Shown in pieces: positions 49,601 through 61,886 of a stretch of 64,000 bases of DNA (the stretch's first letter is position 1; each line of letters starts with the position of its first letter). Source of the DNA: Tubulanus polymorphus (lineage: Eukaryota > Animalia > Nemertea); contig NC_134031.1 of assembly GCF_964204645.1 (NCBI RefSeq), positions 11,286,088 through 11,350,087 of the forward strand, read 5' to 3'. A program made the position numbers and the translations under genes. The notes beneath the pieces were generated by a model, which saw only the letters and a program-made list of their open reading frames with translations, was not told the origin of the DNA and made no database searches.

Positions 49601-51081
49601 TCTTGCAATTGCATTCAGAAAAATCGTTCTGTTTTTGTTTTCATTATTCAGTGGGGCCTAACAGTTCATGCGTAAAAATGGGTTTTTGTATCCAAATCTT
49701 GATTGATATAAATATCTTGGCTGGGACATGATGGAAAACATCAGAATAAAATATAGCTGCCAAGCAGCGATGACGGGTTTTCTGCAAAACCATTCAGAAA
49801 GATGGGAATTGTAGTAAATTGAAATATCGATACATAGAATAAAATGCATTGACAGATTCGAACCTAATATGCTACCACTTTTATTACTGTATGAACCAAT
49901 GATATGCTTTGTAAATATGATGTAATAAAATAAATTTGAATTTGAATTAAATTTGAACATGAGAATCAAGCATAACTTGTATTTTTTCAACTTGTCTTTT
50001 GTTAACAGTTCCAGAGTTTCAATTACAATCAAATCCAAATTGGCTAAAAAGTACATAGGACTAAATGAAATGAACCGTTAGTTACTGCAAACCTATTCCA
50101 GTGTTATGTCGATCGTGTTGAATCACTTTCCTTGAGTTGAAAGAATCAGATCTTCTATGGTGCAACATCGGTCGAAGAGAGATATCTTGGTGTTGACTGT
50201 CCTTGACCATCTAACTGCATGCGTTTGACATTGGAATCAGCATCATACCCATTTGAACTGCAAAATATTCATACAACATAAAAACCTACAGTACATGTAT
50301 ACAGTAATCAAACTTTCACCGATGTTGGATATTTGAATGAACGTTGGGCTTATTTCAGTATTCTAAAGCAGGAAATGATAAGCCCATTCAATAGGCCCTA
50401 TTCCCATCGGAACAATTGTATAATGCGTACGCTATACTGTACACTTATCAGTCAAGAATGGAGAAATCGGTATACCAAACCTACGAACAGTAAAATGTAC
50501 AGGCCTACAATGATTTCTGGTATACAAGCCATGACCACATGAACGTTTTGGTTTGACCATTAATGTCGGCAGGTCAGAGAAGGCCTGGCCAAATTTAATC
50601 ACATGGCTCAAATCAATTAGCCTTTCTGGATGTGGATACTTCACTGTATTGTTTTAAAAATAGGCCTATCGAGTGAATTAGTACATAGACTGAATTAGAG
50701 TTTAGGCTAGTCCTGACCAAATCCTATCCATGTTATAATTGCACCAGTTATAGTAACATCACTGTAGGGCCGACGAGAGGGAAAAAGTTGTGTTTGTAGT
50801 ACATAGGCATGGTAGGCTTGTCGTACTCACTTAATACTTAAAACGCTGTTGTTACCTGTACGGTAATTTCTACAGGTTAGCCGTATGTGAGTATGTTGAC
50901 GCTCAGACTTGCAATATTGGGATTCGAAAGCAAACGAAAAAAAAATCCAGTTGTAGTCCAGTGATTTACCCACTGTGCCACAGAACGTAACTGCAGGGTG
51001 GATGAAATTTGATTTACAAATAGCCTAGCCTCACCTAACCCAAACTCTATTCTTTCACGCATGCGCGTCTGCAGATTATAG

Positions 51082-51302
51082 GAACTCACGTACGGCGTTT
51101 TTAGGGAACTCACGTACGGTTAACCTGTGGATATCACCGTACAGTCATGTACGGGTAACAACTTCGTACTTAATAAATGGTATTGGCTACTAAGAACTCA
51201 CGTACGGCGTTAGTAGGGAACTCACGTACGGTTAACCTGTGGAGATCACCATACAGTCACGTACGAGTAACAACTACGTACTACAAATGGTATTGGCTAC
51301 TA
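51082..51302. repeat. ~115-bp tandem duplication with internal ACTCACGTACGG repeats
   Basis: Two copies of GAACTCACGTACGGCGTT...TGGTATTGGCTACT. Confidence 0.8.
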
Positions 51303-54300
51303 TGTAATAGGCCTATAGACAAATTAATACCGGTACTGCAGCGGTAGGCTTTCTTAGCTTCCACACTTCACAACCGAACCAACTGACCAACCAGTATATT
51401 TAGTCCCAGTACGCACCAACCGGCACAGGCCTAACACTGTTTGTCATCTGTGTGTACCGTAGTAGGCTATCGATAATCACCTGATACTTTTCTGTCGTTT
51501 GTTTTCTCTCTGGGACGAATGTAATTCTAGTAGCCTTCCGCGACTCAACAACCTTGATTTAAACTTGATCAATTCAAAATCTGTTTATTGACGCTTTTGG
51601 TTACATGAACTGATCAGCAATTTACTTAAATAAAATAACCGGAATAACAAGAAATCAAAAATATTAAAGAAGTAACAAACAAATGCCCGTAAACCTGTCA
51701 GACACGCGAACGCCGGACTCGTAAACTCTTGGACTCGGGCCCCCTGAGCAATAAATTCATAAAATTGACTTTGAAATTGATTTTGGAGAAGAGAGGGAAT
51801 TATTCGATAGCTCTTCCTCGAAAAGAAGAGAGAAATATCGGAAAGAAAACACAACATGGCTACTAATTGAACGGAGCCAAATTTCCGATGTTTACGGCTC
51901 GACAGTGCCTTTATAACGTGGATTTATCAAAATTCCCATGCAGTTTTCGGAGATTGAAGTGAGCTGAAGGATATCATACGGATTGTATCGGCGACAGCGG
52001 TAAGGTAAGGAAGCCTTTACACTTTTAACGAAAACTATGTGGAAAAGGGAAAAAAAAAAATAATCATGCGAATTTCAATAGGGTTTTCTGTGAAGAAACA
52101 GAAAACCCTAACTAGTTTCGTCGTTTTAACATAATCGCATTAATAAAGTTTAACAGTACAAATAGCCTAGGCTAAATCGTTCGGCAGAAAGTAAATTCAT
52201 TTTCAGTAATAAAATCGTACTAGACAAATAGACCTTTAAGTCTGTGGTCCTCCCAATCAACATTGTCATAGAAGATTTGCCGGCAGATGTAAAACATTAT
52301 AACCACTTAATACCACAGTTTTATCTACCAATGCTTCAAGGCCCATGGGCCTCTTGTTTGGGGGAAAAATTTACTGGCGTGTATCCATGCCAAGACGAAA
52401 CACATCAGGCGTGAAGCCCTAAGGGGGATGTTTTGAGGATTATTGGAGCCATTCTAATGTCATCACGACACGTGGTCTTAATTAAAACTACCAGTTAGTA
52501 GTAGTGCGTGTCACATGAACTTCATTCATTCATTGAAGCATCACACACACAGAGAACACAGTTTCATTGGCTATCGTGTGGACTATATCATTAGGGAATA
52601 TAGGGTGGGTAGAATTGTTTGGCGATTACACCATACTTTTACGGAAGTTAGATATGGCCTCTGCGCTGACACTACATCGTCAGCCACGCATTTTATTATT
52701 TAAACAGATCGTTACGTTGAAATAAACTAAAATAAAAACACTATAATGTCTTTATAGAACAATGAATCAGTTTATTTTCATAATTCTCCAAAGAATTTTT
52801 CAGGATGTGGGGAAAATAGGACCACTTTTTGATGGGGGAAAATTGTCCAAACAGCATCACGGAAACCCAAGAAACATGAATTTCTTCACTGATGACATCT
52901 CCTAATGCATCCACTCACTACTATACTCGACCATATGGACCTTATGGTCCTCTTGTTCCGTAACTGTTCCATAAGTCATGTGAAAATACGGCGTTCGGTT
53001 TTTAGAAAAAATGTTACAGTTTTTTTTTCAGCTGAGATGCTGAAAAAATTTGTGTAAGTTACGGAATAACTTAATCATTTTTATGGCAAATTGCATCCTC
53101 CTTTCTAAAATCTCTCAGAATCATGCTGTTTAACGCTAGTTATATTCTCAATATGACACTGTACTAGTGTGCCATCTGAATAAGATGAAGATGGCACACT
53201 AGTACAGTATCAGAAGTTGGAAAACAAAAATTTTGTTCGACGTAATTTACGCTAGTACAGATTTTTAAGACGACAATACGGATTTTTGAATTGTCATCTA
53301 GTTTAAAAATTTGTGACTTGTGGATAAATCTTGAAAATACTGATCGATTTGGATATGTGTTCAGAAAAAGATAAAATCTAGGTTGGCGGCTCTGGATATG
53401 TCACCAGTTGACATGGTAACGCAGGTTGATCGGCGGTCTCGACAAGGAGAGTAGACTGCTGCCTCGGTCCGATGAACAGATTAATACTATGTCCTACACT
53501 TGGTCACGGCCCAGCGTGGAATTCATTGTATCGCTACTAGGTTCATTCAAAACTATACTTAGGCCCAGTATCTGCTTTCATTTGAATATGTCTTTGGTTG
53601 AACTGAAATTGTTGTTTTGTTGCAGTTGCTAATAATTATTGTTATAACCCGACCACATAGAAAGTTCCTTTCCTCTAGTTATCCATTTATTTTGAAGGAT
53701 CTTTAAACTGGTAACCGCCTAAGGGAGCCTCTCAAAATTTCAATAGTTGCGTCAATTAGCATAACTGTCTAATTCTTTTTTACCCCCACCCCCCTTTGAT
53801 TATACACATGCCAAAGTTGGAACTATTGATTTTCTAATGAGAGACCACAGACAAAGATAAGACATTCTCACGAGTGTATTTCGATTACAACTTATAATTG
53901 AAAAATAAAAAACCAAAATTACAAGAAAAAAAACCTATTTAACTCTAATAGACTTTGTAAACAAAATAAAATATATCTAAAATGCCAACAGCATCAAAAA
54001 GAGAGATGGTTAAATCTACTGCTTGTTATATATATATATATTTTTGAAACTGCAATTCAATTCAATGTTATCTTAATTGCACCGCAATGAATTGATAGTT
54101 TGGCAGTCATGATGAATCTGCGGGAGGCCTCCACCCCCACCCCCTTGTGCGAGTTATTCTTATTGAAGTAACTATCATAATTTCGAGATGCTCCCTAATT
54201 CAAAAAAGAAATGAAGGTCCCAACTGCACTGGTTTAGGCGGAGCCTACTGTTTTTCTGTTATATATCGGTAGCTATGCATATTTTGTAACCAAAATCAAT

Positions 54301-54778
54301 TGCAGAATTGTAGCTCATGACAAGCTCTGTTTTTTTCATGAGTTTCGAGCTCTCTGTTTTTTTCATGAGTTTCAAGCTCATTGATTACTGTGTTTATTCA
54401 TCAGGGTGTTGAATATTGAATTGTTAGATCAAGGTCGAGCATTTCAACAAGTGGGCATGGTGTCCAAACTTGAGAGTCACTATGCATGGGTCCCAGTAAT
54501 TATACTAGTTCCACATTATTTCTCAAAGCGTTGATTCAACCAATACAAGTTAAATCAAGAACATGCTGCCATGGATTGGAATAAAAAATGGCATGAAAAA
54601 AAGTTGATAGAACAGTTTATTAGCTAGTGATAGTATGTACATTTCCCTTGTAATCCTATTTATGGTATGTTGAACTGGTATTGGGCCTATACTGTATCTG
54701 ATGTAGGCCCTTGGATTCAGAAAATGAATATGCTCTTTATACTTATCTGTTTGTATTGTAGGAGCTGTAATAGGAATA

Positions 54779-57342
54779 ATGGCGGCGAATCACAAAGATG
54801 TGGAATTAGAAAGAGGATCTCTGAGTATCTGCTCATTTTATAGGTTTGCTGTATGTCAAAAAGCTAAGTGTGAGCATTTACATATATGTCCTGCATATGT
54901 CGCTGGTTTCTGTCAGTTTCAAGGATCATGTAGGCTCAGCCATTCTTTGCTTGATTTTCATAATCAACAAATCCTGAAAAAAGTAAATTCACATCTTTCC
55001 CGGATAAATTGTGCTGAAAATCTCCGTATGATCATTAATGGAATATTCCCAAAAGTATGTTTCAAGTATAATTCAGTGAATGGCTGTCGGGATGAAAGGT
55101 GTCGCTTTTTACATGTCTGTGGAATGATGGTCAATGGTAATTGCAAGAATGCCAATAGATGTCCACTGAATCATAGTCACGTTTCTGATCACGAAAAACA
55201 TTTGCTGAATAAGTATAAGATTAATAGCCATCAAGAAAGGAATTTCAAAAAACTCTATGCAAATGTACTATATGCTGAAGGAAAAATCTCTTCAAGAGTA
55301 CAACGATGTGTGTGCGAGGGATACCACTTGTTTCGAGCAGATTCAGAGTTGTCACTGCCTATTTCTGAAGGTGACAGTTTATTGACTGATATCTGTGGAA
55401 ATGAAAAGATGCACAGAGGTGGTAAAATGACCGGCCGAGGCCGTGGTAGTCAAGGATTCCGGGGCAGAGGTGGGAATAAATTGCCCACAATCAATCCACG
55501 GTCATTGCTATATAATGACAGCAATTCTGATGACGATATTTATTCTGATTGGAAGTTTCCAGACACTGGAAACAAGGCTAAAGAAAATGATATGGCTATA
55601 GATATTTTACGAGATGTTCTACTGAAGAATGGCGGGAAAATGACATTTAAGGATCTTGCTCAATGTGATGAGGTGACAAGCACATTTCCTAAACATCTTC
55701 AACTTAAAAATTTCCTGATTAAGAATCGAAATAATCTTATTCTTACATACAAGGCAGATGAAAGAATTGAAGAAGTGTCTTGGTTACTGAAAGTAAAGAT
55801 TTGTTACCATTATAACACACATGATGGTTGTTATCGCAAAGAAACCTGTGATCAAATCCATGTTTGCAAAGGGTATATAGAGCAGTCCTGTAAAGGGTGT
55901 CAAAAAGCTCATCATTTCCATGAAAAGGCAACGCTAAGGATATTCCAAAAAGTTCTTGGGATTAACTTATTAAAGACTGAATTGATGCGCAGTGCAGTTG
56001 CAGCTTCTTTACCTAAGATTTGTACCAATTGGTTCAGAAATGGAGGTAGATGTGACCGTGGAAACTTTTGTTCAGATTTTCATCTCTGTCAGAATCAACT
56101 CATGGGAAGATGTCATGTTAAGTCTTGCAGATTGAATCATGATATACAGTCTTGCATCAAGAAACTGCAAACATATGGAATACATAAAAATGAGATGAAA
56201 AATCTTCAGAGTACCATCTTACTTGTACCGAATATAACTGAAGAAACTGCTGACAAAACTGAAGTTACTTTAAATGAATTAGTACGTCAATGTCTACTTG
56301 CTAATGGTGGCATAATTAGTTTTGATGCATTGATAGCTGACAGGCAGTTCATGTCTCTTTTTCCGGATGGTTATTCACAACTTTTAGAATGGTTGAAAGA
56401 GAATAATCATGAATTTCTATGTCATTATGATGAGTGGAATCATGTTCATGAAGTTCAATGTTTACTGAATTTACGCATTTGCCACCAATACAACTCTGAT
56501 TCAGGCTGTCGAAGTAGGGATGATTGCAAATATGTACACATATGCAAAGGATATATTGCAGGAATTTGTAAATCTTGTCCACTGGCACACAGTTTTGGAG
56601 AGTCAAATACATTAGCTCTGCTAAAAAGTAGAAATATTCCTCTGTACAAGAAAGAAGTACTGCGTGGAATAATATTTCATAGCTTACCACAAATCTGTGA
56701 GAGTTATGCTTTGAGTAAGAATGGAAGTTGCAGTAAGAAGCCCTCGTGTAGAAAGCTGCACATGTGTCCCGATGCTTTGTTTCGTAGTTGTAAAAACCCG
56801 AAATGTCGGCTGACGCATGATAGAAATGCTCCAAGTGTGATGAAAATCTTGAAACAATACAATTTGCAGGCATGTCCGATTGGATCTCTGTCAGTAATCA
56901 TTTTGCCCCCTGCAATTCCTAAGGGACATGGATTCAGGTGTGACCCTAAACCACCGGAACTACAGAAAGCCAGGGCAGAATACATTCCTGGCAAAGGAAA
57001 ACAGGCAAAAGAAAAAAGGATTTCTGTCAAAAGAAAAAATTTACAAAGAAAAAAACCAAGTATATCTACTGAGGTTAATTCTAAGGCCATGGTAGAACTA
57101 GAATCAGTGAACGATAACTCTGCCTGTGTTCCAGAATTGTGCGAAGCATTCATTCGTGGTATATGTCCAAAGCAGATTTGTCCCTTTGTGCATAAAAAGT
57201 TACCATATCAGTGGCAGTTTGAGAAAAAAGGCATGTGGTGCGATTTTTCCGATGATATGAATGTTGATATAGAAAGGCGTTATAGTGACCCTGATTATAC
57301 ATCTTGGGTGAAGGAAGATAACCAATCTACTGCATTGTTAAG
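54779..57342 (+). CDS. PARP12: ZAP/PARP12-like CCCH zinc-finger/WWE protein, first coding exon (13 CCCH fingers, start of WWE)
   Basis: Three 4xCCCH modules, then ELCEAFIRGICPKQICPFVHKKLPYQWQ and IERRYSDP (ZnF-WWE). Acceptor TTGTAG ends at 54761; donor AG/GTACAT at 57343. Confidence 0.85.
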
Positions 57343-57510
57343 GTACATTTGTTTTCTTTTGAGGCAGATCATAATTTCTATTACCATATTCATTATTTCT
57401 ACAAAATGATTGTTGTCCATCCAACTTCAAAAACTTATTTTGAGTTTAAATTGTTAATACAATTCAAATTTAATTTTTCTAAATTAATTATTCTTAATTT
57501 TCCCATATAG

Positions 57511-57712
57511 AAAAGATCTACTCTTCAAAGGAACCATGATGCTACAGTTCAAAGCAGAACAAATAGTCTATGAAGATGGTGTCAGCAACGTTCGCCGCCT
57601 TTCTACATTATCGAATGCATCTGCTGATGATTCCCAGTTATTTGCCACTGAGTGGTGCTGGTTTTATTGTAAAGATGGCGAGTGGAAGGGTCGAGAGTTC
57701 ATATCAGATGAA
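57511..57712 (+). CDS. PARP12: ZAP/PARP12-like gene, next coding exon (WWE1-WWE2 linker); further exons not identified in the window
   Basis: A phase-2 splice restores the frame (AG+A). VRRLST...FATEWCWF matches the PARP12/ZAP VRRLST...TxWxWY motif; donor GTAAGT at 57713. Confidence 0.85.
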
Positions 57713-58072
57713 GTAAGTTGTGTTATTATCAACCTGATTACTATATTGAAATTATAAGGGTTGCCTTGTGCAGCCAATAGCTTTAAATTGAAGAACTGTT
57801 TAACATTTTCCTATTCAAATTCATTTCCAAAATAATTATTCATCCAGGAGGGAGAAACACACTAGATAATTGGAAGGTTGTAGCAAAGCAGTTGGTAGCT
57901 AGAGGTCCGGTTGGTAGGGGGCATTTATGACCAGCTCACAGATCACACAGAAAAACAAGATTTGTAGGCCTAAATTATGACTTATTCAACATTAAATTTA
58001 AAAGGAATTTATTTATCATAGACAAATGTATTGGGTGAGATTTGAAATGAATTTATTTGAACATATTTAGAT

Positions 58073-58468
58073 TTTTTGGCCCACTTGGGACTTCAGTCCC
58101 AGCGAGCTATTGCGGTTACTTTTCGTCCATCGTCCGTCAGTTTATCGGTAGACGGAATCCAGTTATTTTGGGAAGTTTTGAAGACGCTTCAATGTAATAA
58201 TACCTTTTATTTGGGTTACACATGTATCTACCCTAGACACATCTTTAGCCCAAAAACTGGCCCTGTCATATTCAAGATGGCCGACTGGCAGCCATTGTTG
58301 TTCATCAAAATCAGCACTTTTTACACATATTTCAAGTTATCGAGGGAAATCTTGAAGACGCTTTTATCAATTATCTAGATCTTTCATATATATTTGTATC
58401 CCCCAAGGGTCCATCGGCATAGCAAAAATTGGGTCGTCGGACACAAAATGACCGTCCTGTGACCTTTT
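58073..58468. repeat. Interspersed repeat, second copy at ~63320-63615
   Basis: Shared TATCTACCCTAGACACATCTT...TTCAAGATGGCCGACTGGCAGCCATTGTTGTTC...CTGTGACCTTTT. Confidence 0.8.
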
Positions 58469-59064
58469 AATGCCCACGGCTCAACTTTAGTTGAGAGGGG
58501 CATATAGATTTACCCCTGTCTGAGTACGCCGCCGCCGCCGCAAGTAACGTTAACAGCCTAGAGGCCGCAATTGTTGACTGATTCATTTCAAACTTGGTAC
58601 ACAAGTAGGATATCACCTGGGCCAGAACCCTATTTAAAATTGGGTCGATTCGATTTGCATAATGGTCACCAGGGGGCCGACATGAAAAATTACGTTAATA
58701 GCCTAAAGGCCGCAATTGTTGACTGATTGATTTCAAACTTGGTGCACAAGTGGGATATCACTTGGGCCAAAGCCCTATTTAAAAATTGGGTCAATTCTAT
58801 TCAAAGGTCATAAGTTATTCTATATGGTCACCAGGGGACGTTGTTAAGTAGAATATTTAGTGATTTAGGGACCTTATTATTTTGGAATATTTTGTTACCA
58901 TAATCAATTGCTAAATTGTAGCTCATGACATGTTCTATGATTGTGGTGAGTTTCAAGATCATTGGGTTTTGCATATGGTCACCAGGGGGCGTGGAATATT
59001 GAAATTGTTAGTTGAGCATTTGAAACCACTTTCCAAGTGGGCATGATGTCCCTGGACCCCTAGT
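58466..59064. mobile_element. Non-autonomous Helentron/HINE-like element
   Basis: 5' TTTAATGCCC..GGGCAT inverted pair, internal ~130-bp duplication, 3' GGGCAT...CTAGT; related pieces at ~54290-54510 and ~63850-63950. Confidence 0.5.
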
Positions 59065-59565
59065 ATTGATTTCGTGCACGTTCTACTAATTATTTTGATG
59101 AAAAAACTTGTGTATGAACAAAACATGTGCGATTTTCTGTGCTCTGCTATATTAGTTTGTATTCAAAACACCAAACAGATCATATCTCTACTACAAAGCG
59201 AAACCTCATACTATAAGTTGTGGCTTAAAAATTCATGCTAGAGTTTGTTCGCAGTGGCTGCCGAGTCAAGTGATGGACACGCATTTTGCAGCATGATTCA
59301 AAAGAATTTGAACAAATAGGTTACTGCGAAGCCTGAGATGTTGTAATGGGTCCAAAAATCAAAATTTTGTTAAAAAATAAGGTTTTTACTTTGACAAGAA
59401 GTCATGCTTTCTACTATGTCTGTGTGCAAAATTTAGCTTGATAATGCCACTTAAATCTGTTTGAACTGGAATTTAGAATGTTTCATTCATTTAAGAAAAT
59501 TGGTGAATATGTGGCGATTTCCAAAAAAAATTCTTGGAGCATTTTGTTTATTTTATTTATCCAGA

Positions 59566-61886
59566 AAGGCAGAAACCCGTTATTGCTGCCTGCAGCTATA
59601 TTTAGGGTTTCTGCTGCCTTCACAGAAAACCTATTGTATTCCTGCTGATTATTATTATTATTATTAGGGTTTCTGCTACCTTCGCAGAACCCTATTGTAT
59701 TCCTGCTGATTATTATTATTGTTAGGGTTTCTGCTGCCTTCGCAGAAACCCTATTGTATTCCTGCTGATTATTATTATTATTATTATTATTAGGGTTTTC
59801 TGTTACATCACAGAAAACCCTATTGAGATTCGCGTGTTTCTTCTTATTATTATTTTATGTCACACTATTTTCAATAAAAGAACTAAGGCTTTGTTACCTT
59901 GTCGCTGTTGTCGATACAATCCGTATGATATCGTTAAGCTCACTGAGATCTACAAATACTCCGCGTGTTTTTTCACGAATCATCGTTACAAAAGCACTGT
60001 CGGGCCGTAAACATCGAAAATCGACATGTTTTTTGAGTCGTCATCCCGAAATCAACCCGCAGGCCGATTGTCACTTCGATTATCAATTCAAGTATAAATG
60101 AACTAATTTATTGCCGCAGACTTCACATTCAGCCAGGGTCTTCAAACAGTAATTTTAACAATAGCCCATTTTCCTCATCAAATCATATTACCGATACACT
60201 GGAAATTTACTACTTTAGATTTTAAAAGCACTTTCGAGCCGTAAACATCGACGAATCGACGTGTGTCACTACATCGTCGTTCCGGGGATCAGCTGCGAGT
60301 TTCTCCTCATCATGAGAATCAAATTGAGTACAAATTAATTTGTTACTACCAGTGATTTGGCTGCGGGTTTCAAGGAGTTAGTTTTACAATACCTATTTTT
60401 CTTTACCAAATTAACCGTGTATTTACTAAGATAAATCTTTAGTGTACCGGGGAGTCGTAGGCCTAAACTAAACACGCCGAAGAGATATAGCGGAGAAAAG
60501 CTGTTATGTCGGAGAAAAGCTGTTATATCAATCACAATTATCTATTTTATTGGCAAAAATGAAGATTTTTTTTGAAAATTTCGTCTGAGCAGACAGCTTT
60601 ATAAGCCATACTTTTCATTTGAGTTTTTTCATCATAAATGAAACTGGTATTTCATTAATTCCTAATGAGTTAAGGTGGGCGTAGGTCGGCTTTGCGACGG
60701 CTTGTGACTCACTGCAACGCCATTCACTGCGACCACCAGCGACGATTGTGTCACAAGGACTACGCTCCCTTGCGACGGGTTGCGACTGTCAGCAATGCCA
60801 GTCACAAGGAGTCACACGTGTTCTACTTTCTGCGACGCGACACGACTGTCACAACCGACCTACGCGCTCTTGTTACTGGCAGAAACTAGTTGCACACAAT
60901 CGTATCGCAACCGACTTGCACCAAAACTTGCGATGCAACGCAAGGATCGCATCGCGTCACAAGGCCGACCTACGTCCGGCTTTAAGTTACTGCAGAGCCC
61001 CAGAAATATTTTTTTTTCGTTCAAAAGACCTTTTGATTGAAAATTCTTTCGTCTGAACAAAATTTATTTCGTTCCAACCAATAATATTCTTTTCAATTGA
61101 ACCAATTTGAAAAATCGTTAGAACAAAGTTGAACAAACTTTTTTTTCCAAACGGAAGGTTTTTCGTTCGAACAATCGTTCGATCGAACAGAATCGTTTTA
61201 ATTTTAACAGAATTTTCTTGTCAGAACATTATGTTTTTCGTTCGAACAAGTATATTGTAAAAAGTTTTTTCTCCGAACCAAAAATATTAAGTATTTCGAA
61301 CAGAATTGTTTTCATTCAAACATTCGTTCGAAAAAATTGTTTTCGCTCAACCAAATTTTTTTGCCAGAACAAAAAGTTTTTGATTTCAACAATAACATAA
61401 CTTTTCATTCGAACACATATTTTTGTCAGAATGAAGAAAGTTTTGGTTCAAAAAAAGCGTATTCAACCAAACTGAATTGTTTTCACTCAAATACAATTTT
61501 CTTGTCGGAACATTAAGTTTTTTGGTCGAACAGCGTGTTAAGTTCGTTTTGGAAATTTACTCGGTCTGGTATATTTTGGATTACTGTGTATGTCATTTGT
61601 CAGGACATTAAACAGAAGACGACTTAGGATACTACCTTGCGTGACTCCACTAGTTAGACCGACTTATTCCTATATGAGACGTTCCGTTGATTTCGGCTAC
61701 AAGTTTTCGTTCAGAGATAACTGCTGAGCCATTTGGGCGACCTATCATTGATACTGTTTCCTAATAGCCTGTTTAGTTAGTAATGGCTGATGTTGTGCCT
61801 TATCAAATGTTTTGTCGAAATCCACCGTTGAACAGGATTCTAAGACTGTGCAGAAAACCCGTTATCGCTGCTTTGCAGCTACATTT
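59566..61886. mobile_element. Tandem HINE/DINE-1-like elements with reiterated 5' hairpin-(ATT)n heads
   Basis: AGGGTTTCTG..CAGAAACCCT hairpin x4 (three followed by (ATT)n) at 59603-59822; 3' signature CAGAAA(A)CCCG..GCTGC..GCAGC at 59570-59596 and 61851-61880. Confidence 0.55.
60673..60981. mobile_element. PIF/Harbinger-type MITE
   Basis: Imperfect ~27-bp TIRs (CGTAGGTCGGC / GCCGACCTACG) flanked by TTA on both sides. Confidence 0.65.

Noticed and set aside
39633-54700. Numerous 60-130 aa ORFs in the intergenic region
   Set aside because: No recognisable domains; many lie in repeats or depend on non-ATG starts.
57343-57409. Hydrophobic C-terminus of the 876-aa ORF as a TM anchor
   Set aside because: It is intron read-through; an in-frame splice to 57511 continues the WWE domain.
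14747-57712. Functional link between low CpG in the virus and the nearby ZAP-like gene
   Set aside because: Low CpG is expected from the AT content and was not quantified; physical proximity is not evidence of interaction.
59603-59822. CRISPR-like array of palindromic repeats
   Set aside because: The intervening sequences are near-identical rather than unique spacers, no cas genes are present, and the context is eukaryotic.
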